Below, in pieces: positions 14,029-27,354 of a stretch of DNA of 64,000 nucleotides. This stretch comes from Azolla caroliniana (taxonomy: Eukaryota > Plantae > Polypodiophyta), in the NCBI GenBank assembly GCA_043228905.1, contig JBHGNT010000018.1, positions 15,376,001-15,440,000 of the forward strand. The letters are read 5' to 3'. Every line of letters begins with the position of its first letter. Position 1 is the stretch's first letter. A program made the position numbers and the translations under genes. Under the pieces are notes generated by a model. It was not told where the DNA came from, ran no database searches, and saw only the letters and a program-made list of their open reading frames with translations.

Positions 14029-16261
14029 TCATGCTTGAATTACAGGCCTAGTAAGACCCATTCCTGAACCACTACCCACATGCTTAAAAGCTGTAGCCTG
14101 CAAACCATCATCATGACCAGCAAATCCCGTTCCTCCCTTCTCAAGTTCTACCACATGCTTTCGTTTGCAAGCCTTACTACATACTGTACACACATTATCT
14201 TTCAATATAAAACTATCCACACACTTCTTACAGAACACATGCCCGCAGCTCTTGATAACTGCCAATGCAACTGTATTTGTAAGAGTGGTTGTACAACATG
14301 GGCAGATATACTTGGGCTGCAAATCACCTTCTTTCTGTCGGGGGAGATCTGTGAAATAGACAGGGAAAAGATCTTTCAATTTCAACTTCTCTTTGCCCTC
14401 CGGGCAAAGTGTGTCAACCGACGGTGCTTCTACTCTCTTTGGAGCTTCAGGTGTCGCCGATGGTAACCAAAAAGCCTTCATTGTTCGAAGAGCTTCTTCT
14501 TCGTATGAAGTCACTCTTACACTATTAGCTCCGTGGAAACTGTTGCTCTTGTCCAGAGTGCCCTTACCAGTGAAACGCGAAGGAGCTACTCCATTATTCT
14601 GATTTTCAAACGCCTCTAGCTCTTGTTCTCTTTGTGACACTTGCTTCTCTAGTTCCTCTTCCTTATCCTGCTGTTCTTGTGCCGCAAAACTGGCAAGTTT
14701 TCTGTAATACATAGCATAGCACATTAGTAATTTAAATTTAAATCTTCCTAAACCTGTACAACAGTGTTTTCAGAATCTATGTGCTTCATAAGAAAAACAT
14801 AGATTATGAGTATTGATATTTGTCTACCTGCTTGGCATTCAGAATAAACAGTCAGCCAAAAACACAATAAGATTCACATGCGTCATATCATATACCAATT
14901 AAAAACTGTGTTTAAAAACCATACTAAAAAGAAAAAAATGAAAGTATATATGCATATATTGAATATTAATAACGAGGTTCTGTATTGAACTAAGTTCTGA
15001 AAAACGGAAATCAAAATAGATATCTGTATAAAAATTGAAGTTCTGAACCACAAGAACTGTAATTGTATTACATACATTCATAAAAAGGATAAGCTAAGAA
15101 GTTTGAAGGATGGATCTACCTCTTAATATTCAAGAGAAACAGAAGGTCTATGTTTAGACGAAAGCCACCCAGATTGTTAAAACTAAATGGAGAATTTAAA
15201 ACAAGAATGTTCAGGAACAAAGCATCCCACTTCTTCCCCTCGATGATGTATACATATCTCAGGGATTTTTTTTGGAAAATATCCTCTTCAGTCTAAATAT
15301 TATCACATTATACAATGGAGAACCTAATAAATCCTATGAATTTCCAAATCTCTTTACTCAGGGTAACTTAATCTCAGAGACAGATCCAAAGGATTCTGCA
15401 GCTCCACGATATATGCACTTAAGCCAGAAAAAAGCATCCAACCATAATCACCATAGTCATCATACTAACCAACACTTGATCATACTTTAACATCGAATGG
15501 CCACTCTGGTAGTGTGCATCGCTGTAATTTGGACAAATCACCCCATTTATACATAGCCACTATAGTTATAGTGATACAAATGGCAGTCAATTGTCTGAAC
15601 ACTCTGGCCATGCCCAATCGCCCATTCACAGCCATCCCAAACCATATTTCTAGACAAAATTCAACCCCAACACCATGTGATCCGAATTTATTTACAATCG
15701 ACATAACACAAGTTAGCCTCTCCACTACTTGAACCCTATGAGTTTATACAGATTCTATCTCTATGTTTTCCACAGAAAGCAGATGTTTCTTGGCACCTAA
15801 GCTGTTTGCATCATATTTTCTCCAGGATTCAGATTATCCACATGACATTTGGAAAGTCTAGGAGCCAGTAGATCTAATAGGAAGAACAAGGCTACGGTTT
15901 CATTTCATTGTACTAAGAACATTACACACAAACACTTTCATTTTCTCGCAACGAACAGATCAAGGTAATCGAACAGTTTCCGCTTTCGAACCCTCAAGAC
16001 ACATGAAAGAAATCCAACATACCTTTTGATGTCCTTCTTCTGAGAGAGGAGACACTCGAAGATGCATTCCTTGCAGAAGAGGTGACCTTTCTGGCAAGAG
16101 AGGGGCTCGATGAAGGGTTGGAGGCAGATGCAACAGGCGTCGAAGGGCTTGATGGAGTCTTTCCCGAGCCTTTCTTTCTGAGTTCCATAGCCGAGCTTCC
16201 TCTTCTCATCGTAGGTGAAGAAGGCGAGATCATTGTTGTTCTTCGAGTGACGCTGAGGCAT
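14029..16261 (-). CDS. NOSIP: NOSIP / CSU1-type RING E3 ligase (nitric oxide synthase-interacting protein); exons 16261-16023 and 14701-14029 (303 aa)
   Basis: Conserved start MPQRHSKNNNDLAFFTYDEKRKLGYGTQKERLGKDSIKPFDAC. Also AFWLPS and a C-terminal RING (CPCC...CGHVFCKKC...CTVC) followed by GGTGFAGH. The GT-AG intron joins the exons in frame. Confidence 0.95.
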
Positions 16262-16526
16262 CTCTTTCTTTCCTTCTTTCTCTGCCTCTCTCTGTCTCTG
16301 TCTCTGTTTCTGTCTGTCTCTGTCTCTGTCTCTTCTCCTTCGTCTCTGTTTTAATTTTATATTAGACCTACTTTTTTGTGGTTTCACAAAACTGCAGGAA
16401 TACCCCCTTCTCTCAGGTTTTCTAAAAATTCTGCTTCATCTACCCCTCTGGTCTCAAGGAAACCATCTCCAAGGAAAAAAAGATCATGGGTTCAACCCCT
16501 GCCTTTTGCTTAATGTTTGTTACCCT

Positions 16527-17386
16527 TGTCGCGGTATTCCACGTGTGTATGTGTCGGAAACGGGGTGGGACCACTGGGGTCTCGGACCAAGGAGCCGGTA
16601 AAGAGCAGAGGGATTACTCGGATTGGTTTCCGAATAACTTCGCCAAAGCGCGGTCCGGGCACGTATCTGATCCGGACTAGTCTCCGGATGCCGGATGATG
16701 AGTGCACGGCTCGGGCACGTGTTCTCGGTTCTAGAGCCACGCCGGATAGCAAATAGTGAGCTCACGTGCTCACACACTCGGGTACGCACACACAAGCAAG
16801 AGGGAACGGAGATAAGAACACGGGTAGAGACAAGGAAGACATAGAATCCGGAAACAACAAGGTAGTATATTAACCTATATTAAGAGAATTACAACTAGAC
16901 TCTGACGGAAACAGAGCTTCGAGCTCCCCACACTCACACACCTAGACACCAGTGAGCCTTCGATCGGGAGCATGCGGGCTACCAACGCGAAACGGAGGCC
17001 TCACAACACGATAGAAAACAGAGAATAGGGAAACGGAAATTTGTGGAGCTCGGTCCGGCAGCAATTTGTTCTCCAAAATCATGGATACCCCCCTCAGTCT
17101 TCTTCCATCCTTTTATAGCTCAAGGAGAGAGAGAGGAGTCGTTACATCAGGCCGTTAAGACAACCGCTTTCATTCCCTGATTCTCTCCTCGATCTCCTCC
17201 AGTCAATCACCTTTATTCCTCTATCTGTGTGGCCATCAAGTACCTATTAAGTCACTCCTACCTAGTATTCATACTACAATATTTACACATGTTTGTACAT
17301 AAGATAGTTTCGTGTGAATCCGTGCACACCCCCGTTCACGCGCATCCGGCTCCTTTTCCTTCCTATGGCCGGTATCATTCACGACA
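16527..17386 (-). repeat. 3' LTR of Gypsy element A
   Basis: TGTCG...CGACA termini, homology to 26883 onward, adjacent polypurine tract on the minus strand. Confidence 0.85.
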
Positions 17387-17458
17387 TCCACCCCCACCAA
17401 ACCGCACATCCTCCAGCATGTGCCAAGTAGTGAAGCGGTGGGAATTCTGGGTCAGTCT

Positions 17459-18800
17459 TCACTCGTCCTCCCCTGAACCGTTGCCGATCCGGTCCTCATC
17501 TGACTCCTCGCCCTTGTTGACGCTTTTGACCTTTACCTCCGGGTCCGGGTCCGCTTCATGTCGCTTCTTGAAGGCCTTGATCCATTTCCCCACTACCGGC
17601 ACTACTAACCTTGTCCCGTCAAGCTCGGCTAGATGGTAGGTCGCGCTGTCGTTGGCACTCGTTACCATGTAAGGCCCGAACCACCGCCTCGCGATCTTTT
17701 GGGTTGACCGGTGCTGATTGTTGAGGTTGTTGTCGTAAACCAACACCCAGTTGCCTTCTTCGATCTTCTTCGGCCGGAGTCGGTGCTTCTGGTCAAATCG
17801 GCCCTTGTTCTTCTTCCTCACCTCTTCCACCCTTGTCATTGCTCGTTCCACGTACGCCAGCCTTCACTCTAGTTGTCATGCCGCCAACAGCTCCTCCTGG
17901 CTCATCTCATCCGTCCAGTCAATTACCATCCACGACACTCTCGTTTTCTCCACTGGCATAATCGGCTTTTGTCCGAACATGAGTTCGGATGGCATGTACC
18001 CACTGAACTGTGCATAGTCCGGTCAGCCCACAACGCGTATGGGAGAAGCCTTGGAAAATTTCCGACTTGTTTGTCGCATGCTCGTACTATCGCCTTGATG
18101 ATCAGACCATGCCCTCTTTCGACCTTCCCATTGGCTTCTGGATTGTACACCGTTGTGACGGAAAGCTTGACCCTTAGTCGGTCGACCAACTCCTTGGCTT
18201 CTTGCGCGTCTAGCTCCCCTCAGTGACTATTACCTTCCCGACACATCTATACCGGCAAATAACATCCTCGATCTGGAACCAGCATACCACTGTAGTCATC
18301 TTGTTTGTAAATGCCCGACCCTCCACCTGATTTGTCAGGTCCTCTCTTACAAGCACCATGTACCGCATCTGCCCCACCCCCATCGACATCGTCACTAAAT
18401 CGACCATCCACTTGAAGTGAATGTTCGGCGGATAAGTCGGGTGCAACTCGTTGTGGTACCGGATTGTCGAATGCATCTGGCAACTCTAACACATCAACAT
18501 GAAGTGATGCACATCTCTGTACATTCCCGGCCACCGATACTTCTCCTTTACCTTCTCGAATGTGGCCCATGTCTCCGGGTGTTCGGACCAGGGATTCTCG
18601 TGGAACTCTGATATAAGCAAGGACTGGTTTTCCGCTCGCGTTACTACCCAGAGTGGTGTGCCTTTTCACTTCTTCGGATGCTGCCATATTTTACCGTTCC
18701 TCAGGAAAAACCAGTACGCCTCTTCCAGATCCAACTTGCTTCCTCCTTCATCCATGACACGTCTAGTGACATTGTGCTTAGGAACCTTTTGATCATAAGC
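17459..18800 (-). pseudogene. Gypsy integrase, frameshifted
   Basis: Fragments KWMVDLV, TTVYNPEANGKVERGH, ALWADRT, RRWFGPY (integrase core plus GPY/F motif) lie in shifting frames. Confidence 0.85.
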
Positions 18801-18966
18801 CAGTCCACGTCGTCGTGGAAATCCGCGCCTGCGGGTCGATCGAACGGGACCACCAGGGTCTTTGACCAAGGAGGGTGGATCGGGTGACTTGTGCTTGTAA
18901 GGGATTGACCGTTGTTTAGGTTTACAATTGGGTCGTTCTTGTTGTTGAAGATGCCTGTGTGGGTTG

Positions 18967-19018
<52 letters not shown>

Positions 19019-19038
19019 TATTTACCGCACCACAAAGA

Positions 19039-19810
19039 TGTCGTGAAGCACGTGACACATGTGCCAAACGTTGCGATGTGCGCGTTACACATGCGCAGAC
19101 AAACACCGACCTCTATCCGCAAGTGGTGATAGAGGATCGAAAGGATCGTTCAAGACAATGGAATGACGGAAGGACTAGTGCATGCGAGAAGTATTAAAGA
19201 TAGATTGATAGATAGATATGAACAGGACGAATTTCCAGTTTGAACTTTTGACTTCAAAGTTGAGATACAAGACACATTGCTAATGAGATAACTAAGATTT
19301 ATTAATTACTATTGATTGCATACATTACTTGATTTCCTTTCCCTTCCTCTCCTTCTTATATAGATGCCCCCATGCATATGTGCATGTGAGGGTGTAGTAC
19401 ATGCATACAACATGAAATGCATGCAATGCATGATTGCCATTTGGCGCTCATGCATCACATGCAATGCATGATGACCATGTACCTCATCCAAGCTCTTATG
19501 TACTAGCATTTCGTGTGAAGAGTATAATGAAGAAAACAAGTTTTAAAGGAAATAAGCTAGTCTAATGGTATGTCAATTGCCTCCTATCTTAGAGGTGTAA
19601 GGTTCAAACCCTTACTTGCACCTCATTGTATGCGTTTAGGCTTATTTTATATATTTGTGTAATGAACACCTAAACACACATTACACGTGCACATTCATGT
19701 GTTAACATACATGTCTAACCATCACTCCTTTCATACGTGTGCATATTGCATCTTCTCGATTTTCCTTGTTCCATGCGATTTTCACACTGTTGCCGAAAAT
19801 CTTCACAACA
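19039..19810 (-). repeat. Unpaired LTR of a second Gypsy family (LTR-B) inside element A
   Basis: Inverted termini tgtcgtgaag / cttcacaaca. On the minus strand it is preceded by a PPT (19811-19822) and an integrase C-terminus (HLAELDGSRLAIPIAGKRVKIFKKR). Confidence 0.7.
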
Positions 19811-20395
19811 TTCACCTCCACCAAACCGCACGTCCTCTGGTACGTGCGAAGAAGTGAGTGTGAGATTTCGGCTATGGTGATCGATCAATTTCTTCCATGT
19901 CCTCATCAACCTCGCTCACATTTGTGGGTCCCATCATAATATCTTCATTGTTGAGGTTATCTAGGTTAGGATCCTCATCTTGTCTTTTCTTGAATATCTT
20001 TACTCTTTTCCCCGCAATGGGTATGGCTAGCCTTGATCCGTCTAGCTCCGCGAGGTGGTCTCATACCGGTTCAAAGGTCCGGCTCCTGCAGCCTTCCTGG
20101 CCTGCTTGTCTTCAACTAAAACCTCGTAGTTCTGGCACGCGGCCTCTAAGAAGCCGATTTTCTCCTCAACCGGATCGTTCCATCCGGTGAACTCATGGAT
20201 CCACATCTCCACACGGTCTGCCTCTTCCTTCTTCAGCTTCTTCCCGGAGAAGCCTTCAAGTACAACCGGCCAAAATCCGGTGTCGGTTCCAAAACTGACG
20301 CCCCTTCCTCAGCCTACCCGAATGCCGGCCGAAGCCGAGTAGTGGATGGCCTCAACATGTTGCACCGCAACTTCCTCCATTATCCACTTCATCCT

Positions 20396-23300
20396 TGTTG
20401 GGGACAAGGCCGTCAATGCGGAAGTGCAAGCAACATTTGTGATGAAGAAGAACCTGTGTATGCGCAAGCAAAGATCGACACAAAGGGAGAGAGGGAGAGA
20501 GAGAGAGGCACAAAATAAAAGTATATTCCAATAGCAATAGTTACAAATGACAACCAACCTTTTCTAAAGGTTACAAAGTCACTTTATATAGTGACTATCC
20601 TAGGGCAACTACCCTTTATGTTATTTACAGAAATAGCCCGAACTTGGGTTGTCCAAAGGGACAGTGTGAATACGGCCATTATACACTCATATTCGACACT
20701 CCCCCGTAATGGGCGTATACATGGGTTATCTAAAGAATTACAGGTATATGTACAAGGTTTATCGGACAGATCGGTTTTGTCAGAGGCGGCAAGTTCTGAA
20801 GACAGAGGACCGAACCGGTCGGGTCGGAAGAGCTAAAGCCGATCCTCAGAGAACCGATGTCGGTGGTCCGAAACCATTTTGTGTTGTGTGTCTGACTTTA
20901 ATCAGACCGATTTTTCGTTACGCCCATCTGGTGCCGAAGGGACTAGAAACGATCCGCCGAAAGACACTTGGTCATTCCATCTGCGACATTATCAGTTGTA
21001 TCTTCTCGAGACCGATTTTCCCTAGGATGACGCAGTCCCGAACGAAGTGATATCGAACGTCGATATGCTTAGAGGTGTTGTGGTGAACCGGATTTTTTGA
21101 CAAGGCAACAACACTCTGACTGTCGTTGTAGACAACTGGAGTTGAGTCGGAGTTGACCTGTCGAAACGTGTGCGTCAACCGACCAAGCCATAAAGCTTCT
21201 TTTGCCGTGTCAGATGCAGCTACATATTCCGCTTCGGTCGTACTCCTGAAGTTTTGATTTCCACGAGATTGCTCCATTGCCGAATTTGAAACAGTATCCG
21301 GTTGTTGATTTTTGATTGTCCACACAGCCGGCGAAGTCCGAGTCGGTGTAACCGACTACGCCTGAGGTCGAGTTTGGGACGAAAAGAATGTCGTGGTCTT
21401 TTGTGCCAGCTAGATATCCGAACACATGCTTGACTGCGTTCTAGTGTGATCGACCGGGGTTGTGCATGAATCTGCTGACGACTCCAACGGCGTGAGAAAT
21501 ATCAGGCCGTGTCGCGACCATCGCGTACATGAGGGAGCCGAATGCCGGTGCATATGGTACCGACTTCATATCTTCCCCCTCCGGACCGGATGTCGGGCAG
21601 TCTCGCTGAGATAGCCAAAGGTTGATGGGGAGTGGGGTTGAAGCAGACTTGGCCGAGTGCATGTTGAAGCGTGGCAGGACACGTCCGATGTAGTCGGTTT
21701 GAGACAAGAAAAGTTGTCGTGTATCGTGATGCCGACTAATCTTCATACCGAGTATGTGTCTTACCGGACTGAGGTCCTTCATGGCAAACTTCAACCGCAG
21801 TTGCTGAACGAGTTCGGTGAGCTCTCCGGCATGCCGACCGGAGAGTAGCATGTCGTCCACGTAGATGATGAGTAAGAAGGGAGACCTGTCTTGAGCTGTT
21901 TTAGTGAAGAGACAATGGTCCTCATCGCTCTTGGAGAAGCCGACTGACTAGATGAAGTCGTCGAACTTCTTGTACCACTGTCGGGGTGCCTGTTTCAGGC
22001 CGTATAAACTCTTCCTGAGTCGGCAGACTAGATGTTCTTGGCCGGATGCCACAAAGCCTTTCGACTACTCCATATAGATTTCCTCCTGTAGGTCACCGTG
22101 GAGGAATGCCGTTTTTACATCTAGCTGAATCAGCTCCAAGTTGTCGGCGGCCACGACGCCGAGCATGAAACGAAGGGTCGTCATTTTCACCACTCATGAA
22201 AAGATTTTGTCGAAGTTGACGCCAAATTCTTGTCGAAATCCCTTCGCAACTAATCTGGCCTTGTACTTTGGGGTGGACGAGTCAGACGTCTCTTTTAGTC
22301 GATAGACCCACTTACACGGAAGAGCACGTCGATTCTTCGGTAATTCGACCAAGTCCTAGGTCTTGTTTGCCCGAATGGAGTGCATTTCCGACTCCATCGC
22401 TAGATGCCATGTGGCTGAATCGGCAAATGCCGATGCTTCTTCGTAAGACGTCGGTTCGCCGACGTCGGTAATGAAAAATCCGGGAGAGTACCTCTCTGGA
22501 GGTTGCGACAGTCTCTCGGATCTACGAGGTATGACTGGACTAGTCGCGCCGGGTGTGAATGTCGGATGGTCGGGAGCTGAGCCATTCGGTTGTGCTGAAT
22601 CGGTGGATTTGGTGCAAGAGTTGTTGGTTACCCGTGAAACCGATCTCGTGTTGTGGGTTGGGCCGTCATGAAGGGTTGGCACTTCGCAAAATATTACCCT
22701 TCGGACTTCAATAGGCCTTTCGGCCATTTTATGCATAGCCTACTCGTTGAACACGACGTCCGAACTTCGGACGATTTGTCTGTGCTCGGGGTCCCAGAGT
22801 CGGTATCTGATCTCACTGTCGGGTCCATATCCAAGAAAAACACATTTCCTTGACCTTGGTTCGAGTTTCCGACGGTTGTCTTTCGGTATGAGAGCATACG
22901 CCTCGCAACCGAAGATCCTCAGCTTGTCATAATTTGGCTTATCCATATTTCCTGAGGTATTTGAAGTCCTAGAGGTCTACTTGGCGACATATTGATTATG
23001 TGTACTGCCGTAAGTAGAGCCTCCGTCTAGAAGCCATCCGACAGTCCGGAGTGTTGGTGCATGAATACTACGCTTTCTTGAATCATCCGATTCATGCGTT
23101 CAACAATTCCGTTCTGCTCCGGACTATAGGGTGCCGTATATTCACGTTGAATGTCACGTTCCCAGCAGAATTTGACAAATTCTTCAGACTTGAATTCTCC
23201 TCCATTGTCGGTTCAGAGACATTTCAGTTTCCGACCGGTCTCATTTTCGACCATTGCAAGCCATTCGGAGAAGATCGAGAACACCCGATCTTTGGTTCTG

Positions 23301-25668
23301 ATAGGGTAAGCCCACACCTTCCGAGTCGAGTCGTCAATAAAATTGACGAAGTACGAAGCACCGCCGAGAGACTAATGTGGCATCGGGCCACAGACGTTCG
23401 AGTGGACCAAATCGAGTGGGCTCGATTCTCTTGGTGCTGATGTCGGGTGTGAGGCGGAAACCTATTTGCCGTACTGGCAATGCTCGCAGAATTGGTGATC
23501 CGAGAAGGAGAGCTTGGGGATGTAACCGGCTCTAGATAGGTGCGTTATGTCGGCCTTGTTGAGGTGTCCAACTCGTTCGTGCCATAACGATGACACGGGG
23601 ATATCAACCAAAAATAAGTCACCCTCTTTGAGTGTGACATATAAAGGATACAAGGAATGTACCTTTGGTCCTCGAGCAAGCAAGAGGTTCCCTTTGTGGA
23701 GTGTCCACCCTCCTGATGAGAATCCGACACAGATGCCGGCTTCGTCAAGTTGTCTGACTGTGATCAAGGGTCTTGAGAGCTGAGGAACATGTCGGACGTT
23801 GTGTAGTACGAGTGTAGAGCCTCCCGGAAGATTGAGCTCTACGGTGCCAATTCCGATTATAGCAGTGTTGCGAGTTTCCGACTCGAACTGAGTCGAAGTG
23901 CCGGTCCGAGTATTGCCGAAACTGAATCGGTGAGGTGTCACATAATACGATGCGCCCGAGTCCAGGAGCCATGTGCTCGATTCCTCAGTCGTAAGCAAAA
24001 CTTCGGATTCGACTGGGTTCTTTATGGACAGTATGTTCGGGTCGGTCGTCAAAATTTCGGCTGAAGAGCCGACGTAATTGACCTCCTCATGCCGGGTACT
24101 CTTATGATCCACTCTCTAAGCTTTGTCGGTTTTTGCTTTGAGTGCCCGGCAATCGGCTTTGATGTGTCCCAGTTTCTTGCAGTAGTTGTAGATTCGGTTG
24201 TCCCGGGACTTGCTCCAGCTTCGTTGATTGTTCAGCTATCGGGAAGAACTTCTTCCCCAGTTGTTCGATCGGTCGGTCGAACCTTGTACTATGTAAGCTT
24301 CATCTGCCGAGTCTTTGGCAAAAGACTTTCTCTGAGCTGCTTCAGTCAGGATTGCGCTCGTGACTTCGGAGTACTTAACGGCAGTTGTTGAAGCATTGCA
24401 CACGGTTGTAATGAAAGTTTCCCATGAAGAGGGGAGACTACTCATGAGTATCATTGCTCTGAGTTCATCCTCAATTGCCGTCCCTTGAGACGAGATTTGG
24501 GAGCTTATGCTTTCGTACTCGTTGAGGTGTACCTGAACCGAATAAGATTCTTTCATCCGCACGTTGTAGAGGCGCCAGATCAGATACATCTTCGTTGCGG
24601 CAACCTTCTTTTCATAAGTTTCCGATAGTGTTTTCCAAAGTTCAGATGTTGTCGTGCATGATTGCACTGTGAAGTACACTGACTCCGAAAGTGCATCTGG
24701 ATAGTGTCGCGGACGATTCTGTCCAGCTTTAGCCACTCGTTTGCCTTGTATGCTTCTGGCGGATTTTCATTCTCAATCAGGTCTATCTTACCCTTGACTA
24801 TGAGATAGTCCTGCATTGGTTCCTTCCAGAAGTTGAAGTTCAAACCGTCGAACCTCCTTAGACTCATCTTCGATGAGCTGGATGTTGATGCCATCTGCTT
24901 CGGTTTCGGTTGGTAAGACTCGGTTCGGAGTTGACTACGAACCTTGGTGGGGTGCAGCCGGTCGGCTCACCCAATATTGTTCTAGTCGGTTTTGAACCCG
25001 AGTCGGTTTGGTTTCGGATACTTGTTGCTGAACTTGCTTGGAGTGACTCCGGTAACGTGAGGGACAGAACCGGCTGGTCTTCTCGAATGTTGCCGAGTCG
25101 GAGTGAGCCCGGTTAGCTTCCGATTGTATGCCGAATACCGATTACGCGAAACCGATTGTTTGGGCCGATTTTGCTTCGGATGACTGCAGCGATGAGAGGG
25201 ACGGATCCAACTGATCCTCCCGAATGTCGATCAGTCGAGTGAAGCACGAAGTGGTTGTTGCCGGGAGACCAATCTATAGCGGGTGGTTACAACAAGCGGG
25301 TGAATAGCGTCCGATGACCTATTCGAATGTTGTTTAACCGAATGAAGCACGATTGGGTCGGTTGTTGCTCAAGGAGCTCCCCTCAAGCGGTTACAATCAC
25401 AGGAACAGAGAACAACCGACTGGCTTACTCCAATTTGTGATTTAACACAGTGAGACGCGAGCTCTTGTCTTTTTCTTCTCCCTTCTCTGTTCTTCAATGA
25501 AAACGAAAACAGAGTGTTGTGTTGTGCGATGACGGTCGACAGTGGGTTGAAGAACCTCCAACGCTCTGATACCAAATGTTGGGGACAAGACTGTCAATGC
25601 GGAAGTGCAAGCAACATTCGTGATGAAGAAGAACCTGTGTATGCGCGAGCAAGATCGACACAGAGGGA

Positions 25669-25716
<48 letters not shown>

Positions 25717-25906
25717 CACAAAATAAAAGTATATTCCAATAGCAATAGTTACAAATGACAACCAACCTTTTCTAAAGGTTACAAAGTCACTTTATATAGT
25801 GATTATCCTAGGGCAACTGCCCTTTATGTTATTTACAGAAATAGCCCGAACTTGAGCTGTCCAAAGGGACAGTGTGAATACGACCATTATACACTCGTAT
25901 TCGACA
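20396..25906 (-). mobile_element. Ty1/Copia LTR retrotransposon, near full length but degenerate, inserted in the gag of element A
   Basis: LTRs 20396-20698 and 25577-25906. iMet PBS tggtatcagagc at 25563-25574. Order is gag, protease (WLLDSGAS), integrase, RT (YVDDML), RNase H. TSD atcct/atccc. Removing it rejoins the host frame LNIGRGG|MKWIMEE. Confidence 0.93.
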
Positions 25907-26859
25907 ATCCCCCCTCGACCAATGTTCAACTTGAGGGGTTTCTGGGTCTCACAAGCGTGTACCCGGCCATTCCACAGGTACATGACATTGTTCTTGAGTG
26001 CGTCGATAAAGTCTGTGCACTCTCTCCGGACGTGGCCGACGGCGTCGCACCACATGCATCTCCGGTCGTTCAGTGGGCGCCGATCACATGATTGGTCGCC
26101 ACCTCCACGCATGAGCAATCTGAAGGTCTCATACCATCTTTTAGCTCCTCTAGAGTTGCGCCCCGGATGGCCCCTTTATCACGTCAACCGGAATTGTGCG
26201 CGACAGGAGCCACCTTCATGTTTCTTCCGACCGAGTCAGAATCTCCTCCAGTTTCTTCCCGGTTGTCGGGCCTCCCATTGACAACCCCACATCGTTCCAT
26301 TCCCGCCGCTTGTCGAAACAACTGCAAACTCTTTTGACCATGGCCTAGTCAGTTGTGAGCCCTTCATCTGTTTCCAAGAGGAGACCCACCTTCTCCCAAT
26401 CAAGTGCGTTGACCGACTTGATTGTTTTTCGAACTCCTTGAGGAGCACCGAGGTATTCCTCCCTTTTACGAGGCTCTCGACCCATTCCATGAACTCCTGT
26501 TTCGACAACCGGAGTGAGTCATCAAAACCATACCTCTCGAGGAGTCGTCCCTCGAACTCCAACCAATTCCGGCAGTCGGCTTGGATCTCAAGCACCTCCG
26601 CATGAATGCTCTGTGTCCCTACTCGTGGGAATCTGGACAACCACCTATCCTTCGGGATGCATTAGCATTTCAGCCTTATAGGCCCCCAAGTAGCTCGTCG
26701 TGTCTTTTCTGTTAAATCGGCCTGTCGTGCCAACTATCGTTTCGATGGCCCTGTCGAGGCCACCCACGCTTTCCCGAGCATTCACCAAGCGATCGACAAC
26801 TACCGCCATCGCTTCAGCAAGTTCGCTTCCTCTCATTTCGAGCTCCTTTGCTGCCCCTT

Positions 26860-26877
26860 TTCACATCGGGTTCACCA
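26860..26877 (-). other. Primer-binding site, tRNA-Trp
   Basis: Plus strand ttcacatcgggttcacca matches the 3' end of plant tRNA-Trp (TTCACGTCGGGTTCACCA) with one mismatch. Confidence 0.8.
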
Positions 26878-27354
26878 AATAATGCCACATTATTCCACGT
26901 GTATGTGTCGAAAATGGGGCGGGACCACCAGTGTGTCGAACCAAGGAGTCGGTAAAGAGAAGAGGGATTACCCAAATTGGTTTCTGGATAACTTTGTCGA
27001 AGCGCGATACGGGCACGTATCCAATCCGGAGTAGTCTCCAGATGCCGGATGATGAGCGCACCGCTCGGGTAAGCATTCTTGGTTCCGGAGCCACGCTGGA
27101 TAGCGAACAATGAGCTCACGGGCTCACACACTCGGGTACGCACACACAAGCGAGAGGGAACGAAGATAAGAACACGGATAGAAACAGGGAAGACAGAGAA
27201 TCTTGAAACAATACGATAGTCTATTAAACTATATTAAGAGAATTACAACCGGACTCAGCTACCCACACTAACACACCTAGACACCAGTGAGCCTCCGATC
27301 GGGAGCACGCGGGCTACCAACACGAAATGGAGGCCTCACAACGCACTGCCTGAA

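Noticed and set aside
15938-16387. 149-aa ORF as the NOSIP N-terminus
   Set aside because: The upstream extension comes from a GA-rich 5' UTR microsatellite and the tail is intron read-through. The conserved start is MPQRHSKN at 16261.
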